64,000 nucleotides of DNA from positions 3,534,001 to 3,598,000 of the forward strand of contig JBHGNT010000007.1 of the NCBI GenBank assembly GCA_043228905.1, read 5' to 3'. The number at the start of each line of letters is the position of its first letter. Position 1 is the first letter of the stretch. The notes beneath the pieces are model-generated. The model was not told where the DNA came from. It saw nothing but the letters and a program-made list of their open reading frames with translations, and did no database searches. This DNA comes from Azolla caroliniana (taxonomy: Eukaryota > Plantae > Polypodiophyta). Of the stretch, positions 14,334-26,169 are shown one piece after another. The translations under genes were made by a program, and so were the position numbers.

Positions 14334-14425
14334 TGTTGAAGACAAGGCCGTCGTCAATGCGGAAGATCAAGTAGCGTTCTGTTCGTGTTGAATACCTGCG
14401 TATGACAGTTTCCAAGATCGTGCAC

Positions 14426-14466
<41 letters not shown>

Positions 14467-14649
14467 CACAAAGAGTCTTTCTATTCATAGAACAATAATA
14501 CAACCCAACCTTACAAAAAGGTTACAAGGTCACTTTATATAGTGACCGACTTAGGGCAACTACCATTTATGCTAATTACACAAATGACCCAAACTTGATC
14601 TATACAAAGGGATAGTGTGAATACGTCCATTATACACTTGTATTCGACA
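14334..14649 (-). repeat. Copia 3' LTR (316 bp)
   Basis: Near-identical to 19564-19882 and contains a (GA)n tract. Confidence 0.95.
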
Positions 14650-14842
14650 CTCCCCCGTAATGGGCGTATACATGAGTTATCTAAGATTACAGGTATAAAC
14701 CTAGGTTCTCGGACATATCAGTTTTGTTCGAGTCGGCAGGGTCCGAAGGCAGAAGACCGAACTGGTCGGGTCGGAAGAGTTGAAGCCGATCATTAAGGAA
14801 TTGATGTCGGTTGTCTGAAACCATCCTGCGCTGTGTCCGGCT

Positions 14843-17800
14843 CTAACCGGACTGGTTTGTCGTTACGCCCATCTGATGCCGAAGAGACCTAAAGCGGTCT
14901 GCCGAAAGACACTTGGTCATTCCATCTGCGACATTGTCGGTTGTGGATATTTTCTCTAGACCGATTTTCCCTGAAATGACGCAGTCCCGAACGAAGTGAT
15001 ATCGAACGTCGATATGTTTGGAGGCGTTGTGGTGAACCGGATTTTTCGACAAGGCAACAACACCTTGACTGTCGCTATAGACAATTGGGGCCGAGTCATG
15101 GTCGACTTGTCGAAACGTGTGCGCCAGCCGGCCGAGCCACAAAGCTTCTTTTGCAGCGTCGGACGCAGCTACATATTCTGCTTCGGTCGTTGAGGTCGCT
15201 GTGCACTCCTGAAGTTTCGACTTCCACGAAATTGCTCCAATGCCGAATTTGAAGCAGTATCCAGTTGTTGATTTCCGACTGTCTATACAGCCGGCGAAGT
15301 CCGAGTCGGTGTAACCGACTACGCCTGAGGTTCGGTTCGGACTGAAAAGAATGCCGTGGTCTTTTGTGCCAGCCAGATATCTGAACACATGCTTGACTGC
15401 GTTCCAATGCGATCGGCCAAGATTGTGCATAAATCTGCTAACGACTCCTACGGCATGAGAGATATCAGGCCGTGTCGCGACCATCAGGTACATAAGGGAG
15501 CCGACTGCCGGTGCATACGGTACCGACTTCATATCTTCCCCCTCCGAACCGGATGTCGGGCAGTCTCGCTGAGAGAGCCGAAGATTCATGGGGAGCGGGG
15601 TTGAAGCAGATTTGGCTGATTGCATGTTGAAGCGTTCCAAGACACGTCCGATATAGTCGGTCTGAGACAAAAACAGATGTCGTTTATCGCGATGCCGACT
15701 AATCTTCATGCCGAGTATGTGTCGTGCCGGACCGAGGTCCTTCATGGCAAACTTCAACCGCAGTTGCCGAATGAGATCGGCAAGTTCGCCCGCGTGGCGT
15801 CCAGAAATTAGCATGTCGTCCACGTAAATGATGAGGAAGATGGGTGATCCATCTTGAGCTGTGTTGGTAAAAAGACAATGGTCCTCATCGCTTTTTGAGA
15901 AGCCGATCGATTGGATGAAGTCGTCGAACTTCTTGTACCATTGTCGCGGTGCCTGTTTGAGGCCGTATAGACTCTTCCGGAGTCGGCAGACTAGATGTTC
16001 TTGGCCAGTTGCCACGAAGCCTTTTGGCTGCTCCATATAAATTTCCTCTTCAAGATCACCATGGAGGAAGGCTGTTTTGACATCTAGCTGAATCAGCTCC
16101 AAGTTGTCGGCTGCCACTACGCCGAGTAGAAAACGAAGGGTTGTCATTTTCACCACTGGTGAAAAAATCTCATCGAAGTCGACGCCATATTCTTGTCGGA
16201 AGCCCTTCGCAACTAATCTGGCCTTGTACTTTGGGGTGGTCGAATCAGACGTCTCTTTTAGTCGATAGACCCACTTGCAAGGAAGAGCACGTCGATTCTT
16301 AGGTAATTCGACCAGATCCCAAGTCTTGTTTGCCCGAATGGAGTGCATTTCCGACTCCATCGCCAGATGCCAAGTGGCTGAATCGACAGATGTCGATGCT
16401 TCTTCGTAAGACGTCGGTTCGCCGGCGTCGGTGAAGAAAATTCCAGGAGAATACCTCTCCGGAGGTTGCGACAGTCTCTCGGATCGTCGAGGTATGACTG
16501 GACTGGTCGTATCGGGTATCGAGGTCGGATGGTCCGAAAGCGAATTATTCTGCTGTGCCAAGTCGGAGTTGTCCGAGTCGGTAGTGTAAGGTTCAGCTAC
16601 CCGTGAAGCTGACCGTGTGTTAAGAGCGGGGCCTTCTTGAAGGGTCGGCACATCGGAAAATGTTACCCTTCGGACTTCGATCGGTGTTGCGACTGATGGA
16701 GTCATAGCCGACTCGTTGAACACAACGTCCGAACTTCGAACGATTTGTCTGCGTTCGGGGTCCCAGAGTCGGTATCCCATTTCGCCGTCTGATCCATATC
16801 CAAGGAAAATGCATTTCCTGGACCGAGGTGCAAGTTTTCGGCGATCATCTTTCGGAATAAGGGCGTACGCCTCGCATCCGAAGATCCTCAGCTTGTCGTA
16901 ATTCGGCTTACTGCCGATCCATAGTTCCTGAGGAATTTGAAGTCCTAGAGGTCTGCTTGGCGACATATTGATTATGTGTACTGCCGTGAGTAGAGCCTCT
17001 GCCCAGAAGCCATCCGACAGTCCGGAGTGTTGGAGCATGGAAACTATCCGTTCTTGGATTGTCCGATTCATGCGTTCTGCAATCCCGTTTTGCTCCGGAC
17101 TGTGTGGTGCCGTAAATTCACGTCGGATGCCGCGTTGTCGGCAGAATTTGACGAATTCTTCTGATTTGAACTCTCCCCCATTGTCGGTCCGAAAGCATTT
17201 CAGTTTTCGGTCAGTTTGATTTTCTACCATAGCGAGCCAATCGGAGAAGATCGAGAAGACACGATCTTTGGTACGAATTGGATAAGCCCACACCTTTCGA
17301 GTCGAATCGTCAATAAAACTGACGAAGTAAGAGGCACCGCCGAGAGACTGATGCGGCATTGGGCCACAGACGTCCGAGTGGACTAAATCGAGAGGTCTCG
17401 TTTCTCTTGGTGCTGATGTCGGGTGTGATGCGGCTGCTTGTTTGCCATACTGGCAATGTTCGCAGAATTGATGGTCCGAGAAGGAGAGTTTAGGGATGTA
17501 TCCGGCTCTAGATAGGTGCGTAATGCCGGCCTTGCTGAGGTGTCCTAATCTTCTGTGCCATAGTGATGACACAGGAATATCAACCAAAAACAGGTTACCC
17601 TCTCTGAGCGTAACGTGTAACGGATACAGTGAGTGTATCTTGGGTCCTCTAGCAAGCAGGAGGTTCCCCCTGTGGAGTGTCCACCCTCCCGAAGAGAAAC
17701 CGGCACGAATGCCGTCTTCATCTAGTTGTCCGACTGAGATCAATGGCCTTGAGAGCTCGGGTACATGTCGGACATTGTGAAGTACAAGTGTAGAGCCACC

Positions 17801-18877
17801 TGCAAGGTTGAGCTCTACTGTGCCGATTCCAATGATGTCACAGTGTTGCGAGTTGCCGACTCGAACTGAGTCGGAGTGACGGATCGTATATTGCCGAAAT
17901 TGGGATCGATGAGGAGTCACGTGAAATGACGCGCCCGAATCTAAGAGCCATGTGCTCGATTCTTCAGTCGTGAGCAGAACTTCTGATCCGACTGGATTTT
18001 CGATTGATAGTATATTCGGGTCGTTTGGTAGCACATCAGCTGAGAAGCTGACGTAATTGATCTCCTCATGCCGGCCACTCTTCTTATCTGATTTCTGAGA
18101 CTTGTCGTTCTTGTTCTTGAGTGCGCGGCAGTCGGCTTTGATGTGTCCGGGTTTCTTGCAATAGTTGCAGATTCGATTATCCCGTGACTGGCTCCGTCTT
18201 CGCTGATTGTTCGGCTGCCGTGAGGAATCTCTTCCTCGTATGTTCGATCGGTCTGTCGAACCTTGTACTACATAAGCGTCTTCTGTTGAGTCTTTGGCGA
18301 AAGACTTTCTCCGAGCCGCTTCGGTCAGGATTGCGCTCGTGACTTCGGAGTATTTAACAGCCGTGGTTGACGCGTTGCACACGGTTGTGACGAAAGTTTC
18401 CCATGATGAGGGAAGGCTGCTCATGAGTATCATTGCTCTGAGTTCATCCTCGATTGCCGTCCCCTGAGATGAGATTTGGGAGCTTATGCTTTCGTACTCA
18501 TTGAGATGTGCTTGAACCGAATCTGATTCTTTCATCCGCAAGTTGTAGAGGCGCCGGATCAGAAACATCTTTGTTGCAGCGACCTTCTTTTCTTAGGTGT
18601 CCGACAGTGTTTTCCACAGTTCGAATGCTGTCGTACACGATTGCACCGTAAAGTATACCGATTCCGATAGGTGCATCCGGATCGTGGCGCGGACGATTCT
18701 GTCCAGCTTCTGCCACTCAATTGGTTTGTATCCTTCTGGAGGTTCTTCATTTTCGATGGGATCGATTTGCCCCTTGACTATGAGATAGTCCTGCATTTGC
18801 TCCTTCCAGAAATTGAAGTTCGATCCATCGAACTTTCGTAGACTCATTTCTGACGAGCCGGATGTTGATGCCATCAA
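14843..18877 (-). pseudogene. Copia gag-pol polyprotein with one in-frame stop (18593-18595)
   Basis: KFDGSNFNFWKEQM (gag), CNYCKKPGHIKADC zinc knuckle, WLLDSGAS protease, HRRLGH...CEHC and VHSDVCGP integrase, YVDDM RT, and RNase H (YTDSDFAG, NVADGMTK). ORFs 18593-18877 and 14843-18568 are in the same frame. Confidence 0.93.
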
Positions 18878-19549
18878 ATTTGGTTTCGGTTGACGAAGCT
18901 CGGTTCGGAGTTGACTACGAACCTTGTTGGAGTGCAGCCGGTTGGCTCACCCGATATCATTCTAGTCGGATTTGAACCCGAGTCGGTTCGGCTTCGGATA
19001 TATGTATTGTTGAACTTGCTCGAATTGACTCCGGTAACTTGAGGGACAGAACCGACTTGTCTTCCCGAATGTTGCCGAGTCGGAGTGAGCCCGGTTCGCT
19101 TCCGAGTATATATATGCCAAAAACCGATTATTGAAACCGATTGTCTGGACCGATTCTGCTTCGGGTGACTGCAGCGACGAGAGAGACGGATCCAACTGAT
19201 CCTCCTGAATGTCGATCAGCCGGATGAAGCACGAATTGGGGTTGTTGTCTTGAGACCGATCTGCACCGAGTGGTTACAATGAGCGGCGAGCAGCGTTTGA
19301 TGACCTCTTCGGATGCCGTTTAACCGAGTGGAGCACGATCGTGTCAATGTTGCACAAGGGGATTTCACCTCGAGCGGTTACGATCACAGGGAACAGAGTA
19401 CAACCGGCTGGCTTACTCCAAGCGAAGATGATCTAACGCGATGAGATGCAAGCCTCGTTTTTCTTCTTCTTCTCCCTTCTTCGAATGACGGAAGAAACCG
19501 AACGCTGTGCAGGCTGAGACGACGGCCGACAGCGGGTTGAGGAACCTTC

Positions 19550-19561
19550 GCTCTGATACCA
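19550..19561 (-). other. Primer-binding site complementary to initiator tRNA-Met
   Basis: TGGTATCAGAGC on the minus strand, 2 nt inside the 5' LTR end. Confidence 0.9.
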
Positions 19562-19563
19562 AA

Positions 19564-19655
19564 TGTTGAAGACAAGGCCGTCGTCAATGCGGAAGATCAA
19601 GTAGCGTTCTGTTCGTGTTGAATACCTGCGTATGACAGTTTCCAAGATCGTGCAC

Positions 19656-19696
<41 letters not shown>

Positions 19697-19882
19697 CACA
19701 AAGAGTCTTTCTATTCATAGAACAATAATACAACCCAACCTTACAAAAAGGTTACAAGGTCACTTTATATAGTGACCGACTTAGGGCAGTTACTACCATT
19801 TATGCTAATTACACAAATGGCCCAAACTTGATCTATACAAAGGGATAGTGTGAATACGTCCATTATACACTTGTATTCGACA
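19564..19882 (-). repeat. Copia 5' LTR (319 bp)
   Basis: By eye it differs from the 3' LTR by one 3-nt indel and one substitution. Confidence 0.95.
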
Positions 19883-19887
19883 CCTAC

Positions 19888-21623
19888 CTCTGATAAACCC
19901 TGTTTGATTCTCATGTATGATGTCCGGTAGGAAGCTTGTTATTCGCCTAGCTAGGACTTTTGCGAGTATCTTGTATATCGTGTTAAGGATTGTGATTGGG
20001 CACCATTGGCGTAGCTCGAGGCTTCACCCTGCCGCTTTAGGGATGAGATAGATCATTCCTTCCGCTAGTCCAGTTGGCATCGCTCCTGAGGACCAAATCT
20101 CTTGAATCCTAGCTTCCACTATCGGGATAACGGTTTCCCAATGAATCTCAAAAAAAATCTCGTGAGAGACCATCAGGACCGGGGCATGCTCCTCTCCGCA
20201 AATCTTGAAGTGCCTCCGAGAGTTCTAATCGAGAAATGGGGCTATCAAGCACAACTTCCATCTCTTGGGTGACCTTGGGGTGAATGCAAGCCATCACTCT
20301 CTCAACCAGCTCCGTGTTTTGCTGCATATGCATAGGTGCGAGCAGGTCGCGATAGTATTGGGTTGCCATATGCAGAATCTCATCCTTGTCCTCCGTTATT
20401 GAGCCGTCTGGTTTGCGCAGCCCTTGTATATGTCCACCACCACCCTTGGGTGCCCTGGAGTGAAAGAAATGATGGTTGACCTTGTCGTCTGTTCTAGCCC
20501 ACCATGCTGCGGCCCTGCGAAATAGCATGCGGTTCTTCTCCAACGTCCTTTCCCGCAGCTTCAACTTCGCTTCCTCCAACTTAGCTCTCGACCAATTGCA
20601 ACTAGGGTCTGCTTGTAGCAAACGTTGCGCGGCCGCAACGGACTTTCGTAATTTTGTTTCAATGGCTCTAGCCTGTTGGAGGGCCACCTTGGTTTCCTCT
20701 TGTAAAAAGGAGGAGGAGAGGGCCAGTTTCTTCTGCAAATCCTCACTGGCCGATTCACTTACACTGGTCTCTCGCCATATGCTCTGCAACCCCGCTTTCA
20801 CCTTTGCACTCTTCATGATCTTTGTGGGGATTTTCATAGTGAGACTCCCCTTGCTCCCGCGGGGTGGGTTAAGGTCTAGTCTCATCGGCTGGTGATCCGA
20901 GAAGGTAAGACCTGCCAAGATAGTGAAGGAGCCCCCCAACTCTTCGAGGGACGAGCTTAGGTATATTCGGTCTAGCCGCGCAAGACTACCACCCCTAGAA
21001 GTCACTGCAGCGCGGGAGAAGTGTAGCGAACGTGAGCATCTCCTAAGGGAAGAGCCCCATGTATCCTTCACCCCAATTTTCCCAATTAGGAAAGCCCAGG
21101 AGTCCAACTCCGCACCATGAAGCGGTCTTTGGGTCCCCCCTTTCCTATCTCCCAGATGCTTAGTCATGTTGAAATCTCCGGCCATTACCCACGCCTCTGC
21201 ATCAGGCAATGTTGTCGCTAACATCCTCCAAAAGATTGCTCTCTCGGAGGAAGAGTTAGGGGCATAAACGTTTAGCACCCCAATCTGAAGGTGATGCCAC
21301 TTCAACAACACATATAAGGCTCTACCCGCTACCAACGTGCCATGTGATGTTACTTCGTAGCAGGCCTGATCGCTAATCGAGATGCAAACCCCTCCTCTTC
21401 GTTGGAGGTCACCCTGTGCAGCCGACCACCACGTGGTCCATCCACCCGACAAGGGGTTTACTAGGCTCTGAGTTCTCACTTGAGAGAGGTGGTGTTCCTG
21501 CAAAAGCAATATGTCAATGTTGCCCCCTATATTAAGGGGATTCAACTCCTCCCAAAGTCTTTTGCACTCATGTTGTTGTCGGCCTCCACCAAGGCCCTGC
21601 ACATTCCACGTTAGGATCCTCAT
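19888..21623 (-). pseudogene. LINE ORF2 N-terminus: APE-like endonuclease and linker
   Basis: MRILTWNVQGL, LLLQEHH, VYAPN, AGDFN, RLDRIYLS, SDHQP and CPGPDGL. There is a frameshift or stop in the A-run near 20150. Confidence 0.92.
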
Positions 21624-22300
21624 TAGGAGGCGGTGCGGTTGATGCCCATGTTGGGGCCGACCCCCATGTCAGGGGGCAACCTATCATCTACTTCTGGGGG
21701 CAGGGACTCCACAGTAGATTGGAGGGCCTTTAAGGGATTCCCAGCCTGTTGTTCCCGGCCCGCTTCAAATAGGTCTCGCGATACAGTTTGGCTCCTAGGC
21801 GGTTGCATATCCTGCATCCCTCTAGCCCAGAGAGACGTTGCCAAACCAGGTGATGGGCTGCCTATTTTACTCTTGATCGTGCCCGTCCGGATCCACGACT
21901 TCACTAATCTGAGGTCACCAGCACATTCACGTTCCATCTTGAGGGGGGCTTTTGACAACATCTCCTCCAGGGTGGAGGGTACCTGGTGTGGTTGCATCTC
22001 CATCGGGGTGGAGAACACGAGTTTGGGGGACAAGGATTCACAGGGGGACATCAATGCTGCCAATGTTTCTGGGTCGCCATTCCCTAGCCCTTGGAGCAAT
22101 GTGAATCTGTTGGACGTTCCCACCTGTAGGTTGTGTGCCTCCGCACTCCCTGAGAAGACCTTCACCCGTTTCGAGGGTTGTTCGTCCACACTTGCTGGTG
22201 ACAAGGTAGGAGAACTCAACATTTCCGGGCCTCCCTCCCCACTTGTGTCATCTGCTTCCTTTTTTTGGCGAACAAATAGGGACGATTTGCCCTCACAAAA
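21623..22300 (-). pseudogene. LINE ORF1 C-terminal part (non-inverted segment)
   Basis: Open frame ending in TAA that overlaps the ORF2 ATG (TAATG at 21621-21625). Confidence 0.7.
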
Positions 22301-22304
22301 TGTC

Positions 22305-22647
22305 CATGGCAGATACAGTGGCGGAGGTGTCCAAACTTCGCATCTTAGTGCCTTCCCTCCATGGACTTCCTACTAGAATTAGGCTCTACTCTGAGGAGCT
22401 CGGTCTCACAATGGTGAATGTGGTATATGAGGGACTCCCTGGGCAGTGTTTCATCTGCAAACAAAAAGGGCACCTAGCTAAGGAATGTCCTCGTAAGTTT
22501 GGAAAGGGAAGCCCGGGCCCTCGAACATCAGGGAAGGCCGAGCCACCCAACGGTTGCGAGGCTCCTTGGCACCCAGTTAAGAAGCAGGGGAAACTTCAAA
22601 GCCTAGGTGCATCATCTCCCCCCCTTTTTCAAGATTGTCCCCCCCCC
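22305..22647 (+). pseudogene. Inverted segment of LINE ORF1 containing a CCHC zinc knuckle
   Basis: VVYEGLPGQCFICKQKGHLAKECP (CX2CX4HX4C) lies on the strand opposite the rest of the LINE and ends at the TSD. Confidence 0.85.
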
Positions 22648-23139
22648 CATTTGACATACAAATTAAAAAAATGAAAAGCTCTATAGAATGCTATATTATT
22701 ATACATGCCATTACTATAGTCTATAGTCTATAACACAAAGATACACAAATTAGCATAACTACCTCACAAAGCTAATGAAACACATAAAATAAATATCGCG
22801 TTAATGTTTTTACTATTAAGTATGAAGAAAAGGTTATTTTTTTGGAAAAAAGAGAGGCTAAATCTTTTTGGAAAAAATACAAAGTTTTATATTTCGGAAA
22901 AAAGGTTAGTAAAAAATTAAGTTTAACTTAAAACTTAAAATCTAGAGTTTATACTCTTAGGGTACATATTTAATAAAGGTTTTTGTTTAAAATTTCAATC
23001 AAATTTAAACTAATATTATTAGTAAATAATAAAGATTTGAAAATATATTTATAACTAATGGAAGGAGTTTTTTTTTGGAAAAAAAAAAACAAATTTGAAA
23101 TATATCATTATTACATGATGATGATATTATTTTAAGTGT

Positions 23140-24600
23140 GGAAAAAAACACTACTTCACATTAGTTAGCAAACGAAGTACATCAAAGTTCAACCATACTA
23201 AGCAAAACTCACACTTCTCCACACAGAACTAATCATAATCCCCACCCCGTCATTCACAAAAAAAGTATCCCACCGGATGTTTTTACATGGCAACTTACTT
23301 GTACTGCAACTATAGATATTTACATCTCCTGTCCATTAATGGAAGCCATTGGTAGAAACAACCATCTCGGTGCTTGGTGGTTCCATTTAGGCTCTAACAA
23401 TGAATTTACCATCATAGGAAAACCATCCCATTTCAACAGAAACGTTGATTGAGCCCTTTATGCTTCATCTGAGTTCCCTTCAATTGAGTCGTATCGTCCG
23501 GCAACCAAGATACTAGCTCGAACCAAATGTTGAGCAACACCTCATTGTGTGGGAGCTTTCGTTGCTGAAAAACATCAACATCCATATCTTCTGAAAAAAA
23601 CCAGAGTTTGTGCCTAGTTTCACTCCAACACATTGGAACACGCTGCCACCCTGCACTATAAATCCATGACCATGTGGGTGGAATTGTTCCGCCCATCCTT
23701 CCCCTGTTAGCTTCAAACCTTGTAAGGACCCCCACACAACTCTCCCATTCACACCACATGTTGCCACTATCCACAGACTTCTACTCGAAATGTTGATCAC
23801 CTATGCACAATCCCCAAAACAATGAGGTATCGATTCTAGAGAGTGTCCACATACCAGCATAACTTACACATTGGAACACACTGCCACCCTGCACTATAAA
23901 TCCATAACTTCAACAAGTCATATGATATGCCTTTATCCCTCCAACTATTGCGAGTCTGAGCAACACCCACTGATTTGGAACCAATGATTTGCCTTCCTAG
24001 CTTAGTACTATACTCAAAAAAACCCTCCAATTTGTTCGTTCCCAGTTTCAGCCACCATACCTCTAATGGATCCCACTCCAAATCACATAGGGGCTTGAAG
24101 TCAAATAGCCATAGTTTACAATCATTATCCAGCTTCCCTGGGTCCGGGTTCACTTGCCACTTCTTACCTTCCAACACTGCCAACCACTGCCATTGTCGGA
24201 CAAAGCACTTAGGTTTCCCCACAAGCGATACTCATTAGATGGGCACTTGCCATGGATAATTTGTCCAACACCCTCACCTACAAACCACCCATACCAAACC
24301 CCCTCTTCCTCATTCAACCTTTCTAGACCATCAACAACCTTATATATTAGTTGGGTCACCTTTTCTAGCCTGCCAATAATGCTACCAGTCTGACCCTCGC
24401 TCCTTTTCATTCTGAAAACCTCCCAATCTCTTACTGAACTAACATTGTACCCTAACATGTGCCCCATGGCAAATATTTTTTCTGTCCAAGCATCATACCG
24501 TCTTTGCTTTTAATCCAAGGGTTCCAAAACAACGGTTGTTGGAGCTCCAATGTTTTTGGTTGCATTAAGACCAACCCTTCTCTTACACTTGACTAGGACA
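23140..24600 (-). mobile_element. Second, degenerate 5'-truncated LINE fragment of a related family
   Basis: Fragments LEWDPLEVWW, FFEYSTKLGR and IWFELVSWL parallel LEWDRGDFRW, FFEYNTKLGR and IWFALISCL of the first LINE. The 3' end CTACTTCACATTAGTTAG resembles CTACTTTCCCATTAGTTAG at about 11026. Many stops; ends approximate. Confidence 0.8.
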
Positions 24601-26169
24601 TCATTATGGCACGGGCCACCCTGTCCTGTATACTAGCCGGTTCTTTCGACTTTAGGTTTGGACTGAACAACCACCACATCTTTGCCTTCCACCACATTTT
24701 AATCGTGTTATAAAAAACCATATTGTGGTGTGCATTCTTATGTGCATTTCACAATATAATATAAATATATAATTACACACTTCATAGTACATACATATAT
24801 TTATATGATAATATGTGACATATATATACATAATATACATGAAATGGAAAATAAAATTTTAGCATGTCATTTGACATGTATAATTTTTAGGGGCCTTTCA
24901 CATGAAAATGGAAATTGAAACTTTGTATGTCGCTTGACATACATTTTTATTAAGTGTATGTTTTTGATGGGCAAAATGGCCTTTAACAGGCATGACACCT
25001 GTCAAAATTTTGCCATGTTCTCCCATAGATGTCAATAAGATATCTATCTATCGATACTATGATATATGCTAGTTTGGTTAGTTTTATATATCACTCTTGA
25101 CAAACAAAGAATACTCGAGATGGCAAAATGAGCTCTTTTGAGCAATTCTTCGCATGTACCTTCAATGGTGTTCATGTAATGTCCTTTGATTTCACCCATT
25201 TCAGCTTGAGACTTGAATATATCTTCTAATATGAGTAGGAAATGGTCTCTCCAATGTCATTTTGACAAATGAAAGGACTTCTTACTCTGGGTTGAGTTGC
25301 ATAGTCTATGGGGGGACCCCTCAAAGAGTGATTGAGGGTCCTTGGAGCATAATTAGAATCAGACATTTTGGCAGTAAAAGTGTGATTGTTTTGCAATGCC
25401 ATTTGTCAAGGTCGAATATGAAGAGGAATGATATATAGGATCAAGCCTCCTAAATAAAAAAATATAGACTCACTTTGGAATCATTTGAGAAGGATATGGA
25501 TATTTTTGGTCTATGGAAGCAAAACCATTTTGTTGATGCAATTATTAGTTTGGAGAGATACATATATCAACATGTTGAGGCTCGATTTTCATCGTGATGT
25601 ATTTTTGCCTTATTCTCTTTTCTTCTCACACTTCTTGCACTACAAACATGTGTTAATATGTGTTTCTACATATGCCTCCCATAACAAATAACACCTAAGA
25701 ATGTTTTGGATAATGTTTTTGAGTAACATACCAACATGAATTTATGTCCCTTTGCAAAAATAGAGATTTCAAACAATCAATGGTCAACACAAGCTTGTGA
25801 AATCTATTGTTGCATTGCAAGCAATGAAAAAAAGAGAGAGTGAAATCCAATGTTCAAATAACAAAGCAAATTAGACTAGTGAATTTTATAGATGTTGTAG
25901 AGAAATCCAATGTTCTAGTAAGAATGCAAACGCAATTATATTACATTACATGTAATCATGTATCTAGGTCCAATAAACAACTATTAGGTATGTTGCACTT
26001 AACACTTAGAGAACTGTCATTTTAAAAACACACTACCAATGACAAGCAATATTAACATAAACCTTAAACTAAGTTACCAAAATGTAGTGTATATTCTTGC
26101 TGGAGGATTCCTTTTTAACCTCAGTTTGCGCATATTCCTTAGCACCACAGAAAAACCACATTTGAATAA

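Larger units (their letters stand above)
14334..19882 (-). mobile_element. Full-length Ty1/copia LTR retrotransposon
   Basis: LTRs at 19564-19882 and 14334-14649 (TG...CA), 5-bp TSD CCTAC at 14329-14333 and 19883-19887, PBS TGGTATCAGAGC next to the 5' LTR, PPT GGGGGAG at about 14650-14656, and domain order gag-PR-INT-RT-RH. Confidence 0.97.
11005..22647 (-). mobile_element. L1-clade LINE retrotransposon, 5'-truncated and inverted, interrupted by a copia element and a solo LTR
   Basis: 17-bp TSD CATTTGACATACAAATT at 10988-11004 and 22648-22664, with a short T-run (poly-A on minus) at about 11005-11014. ORF2 has an APE endonuclease, an RT and a zf-RVT-like C-terminus. An ORF1 zinc knuckle is present. 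Confidence 0.93.
10446..25017. mobile_element. Non-autonomous hAT-type DNA transposon hosting nested retroelements
   Basis: Perfect 8-bp TSD TTCTCCCA at 10438-10445 and 25018-25025. Imperfect TIRs: CAGGGCCTAAATTTGACGGG versus the reverse complement of the right end, CATGGCAAAATTTTGACAGG. The subterminal motif ATGTC.YTTGACAT occurs near both ends. Confidence 0.8.

Noticed and set aside
18593-18595. Programmed stop-codon readthrough in copia gag
   Set aside because: The TAA lies early inside gag, not at a gag-pol or pol-env boundary, and lacks a CARYYA-type context. A nonsense mutation is the simpler explanation.
13196-22376. Long plus-strand ORFs (13196-13855, 20476-20895, 21633-22376 and others)
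   Set aside because: They are antisense shadows of GC-rich LINE and copia coding sequence.
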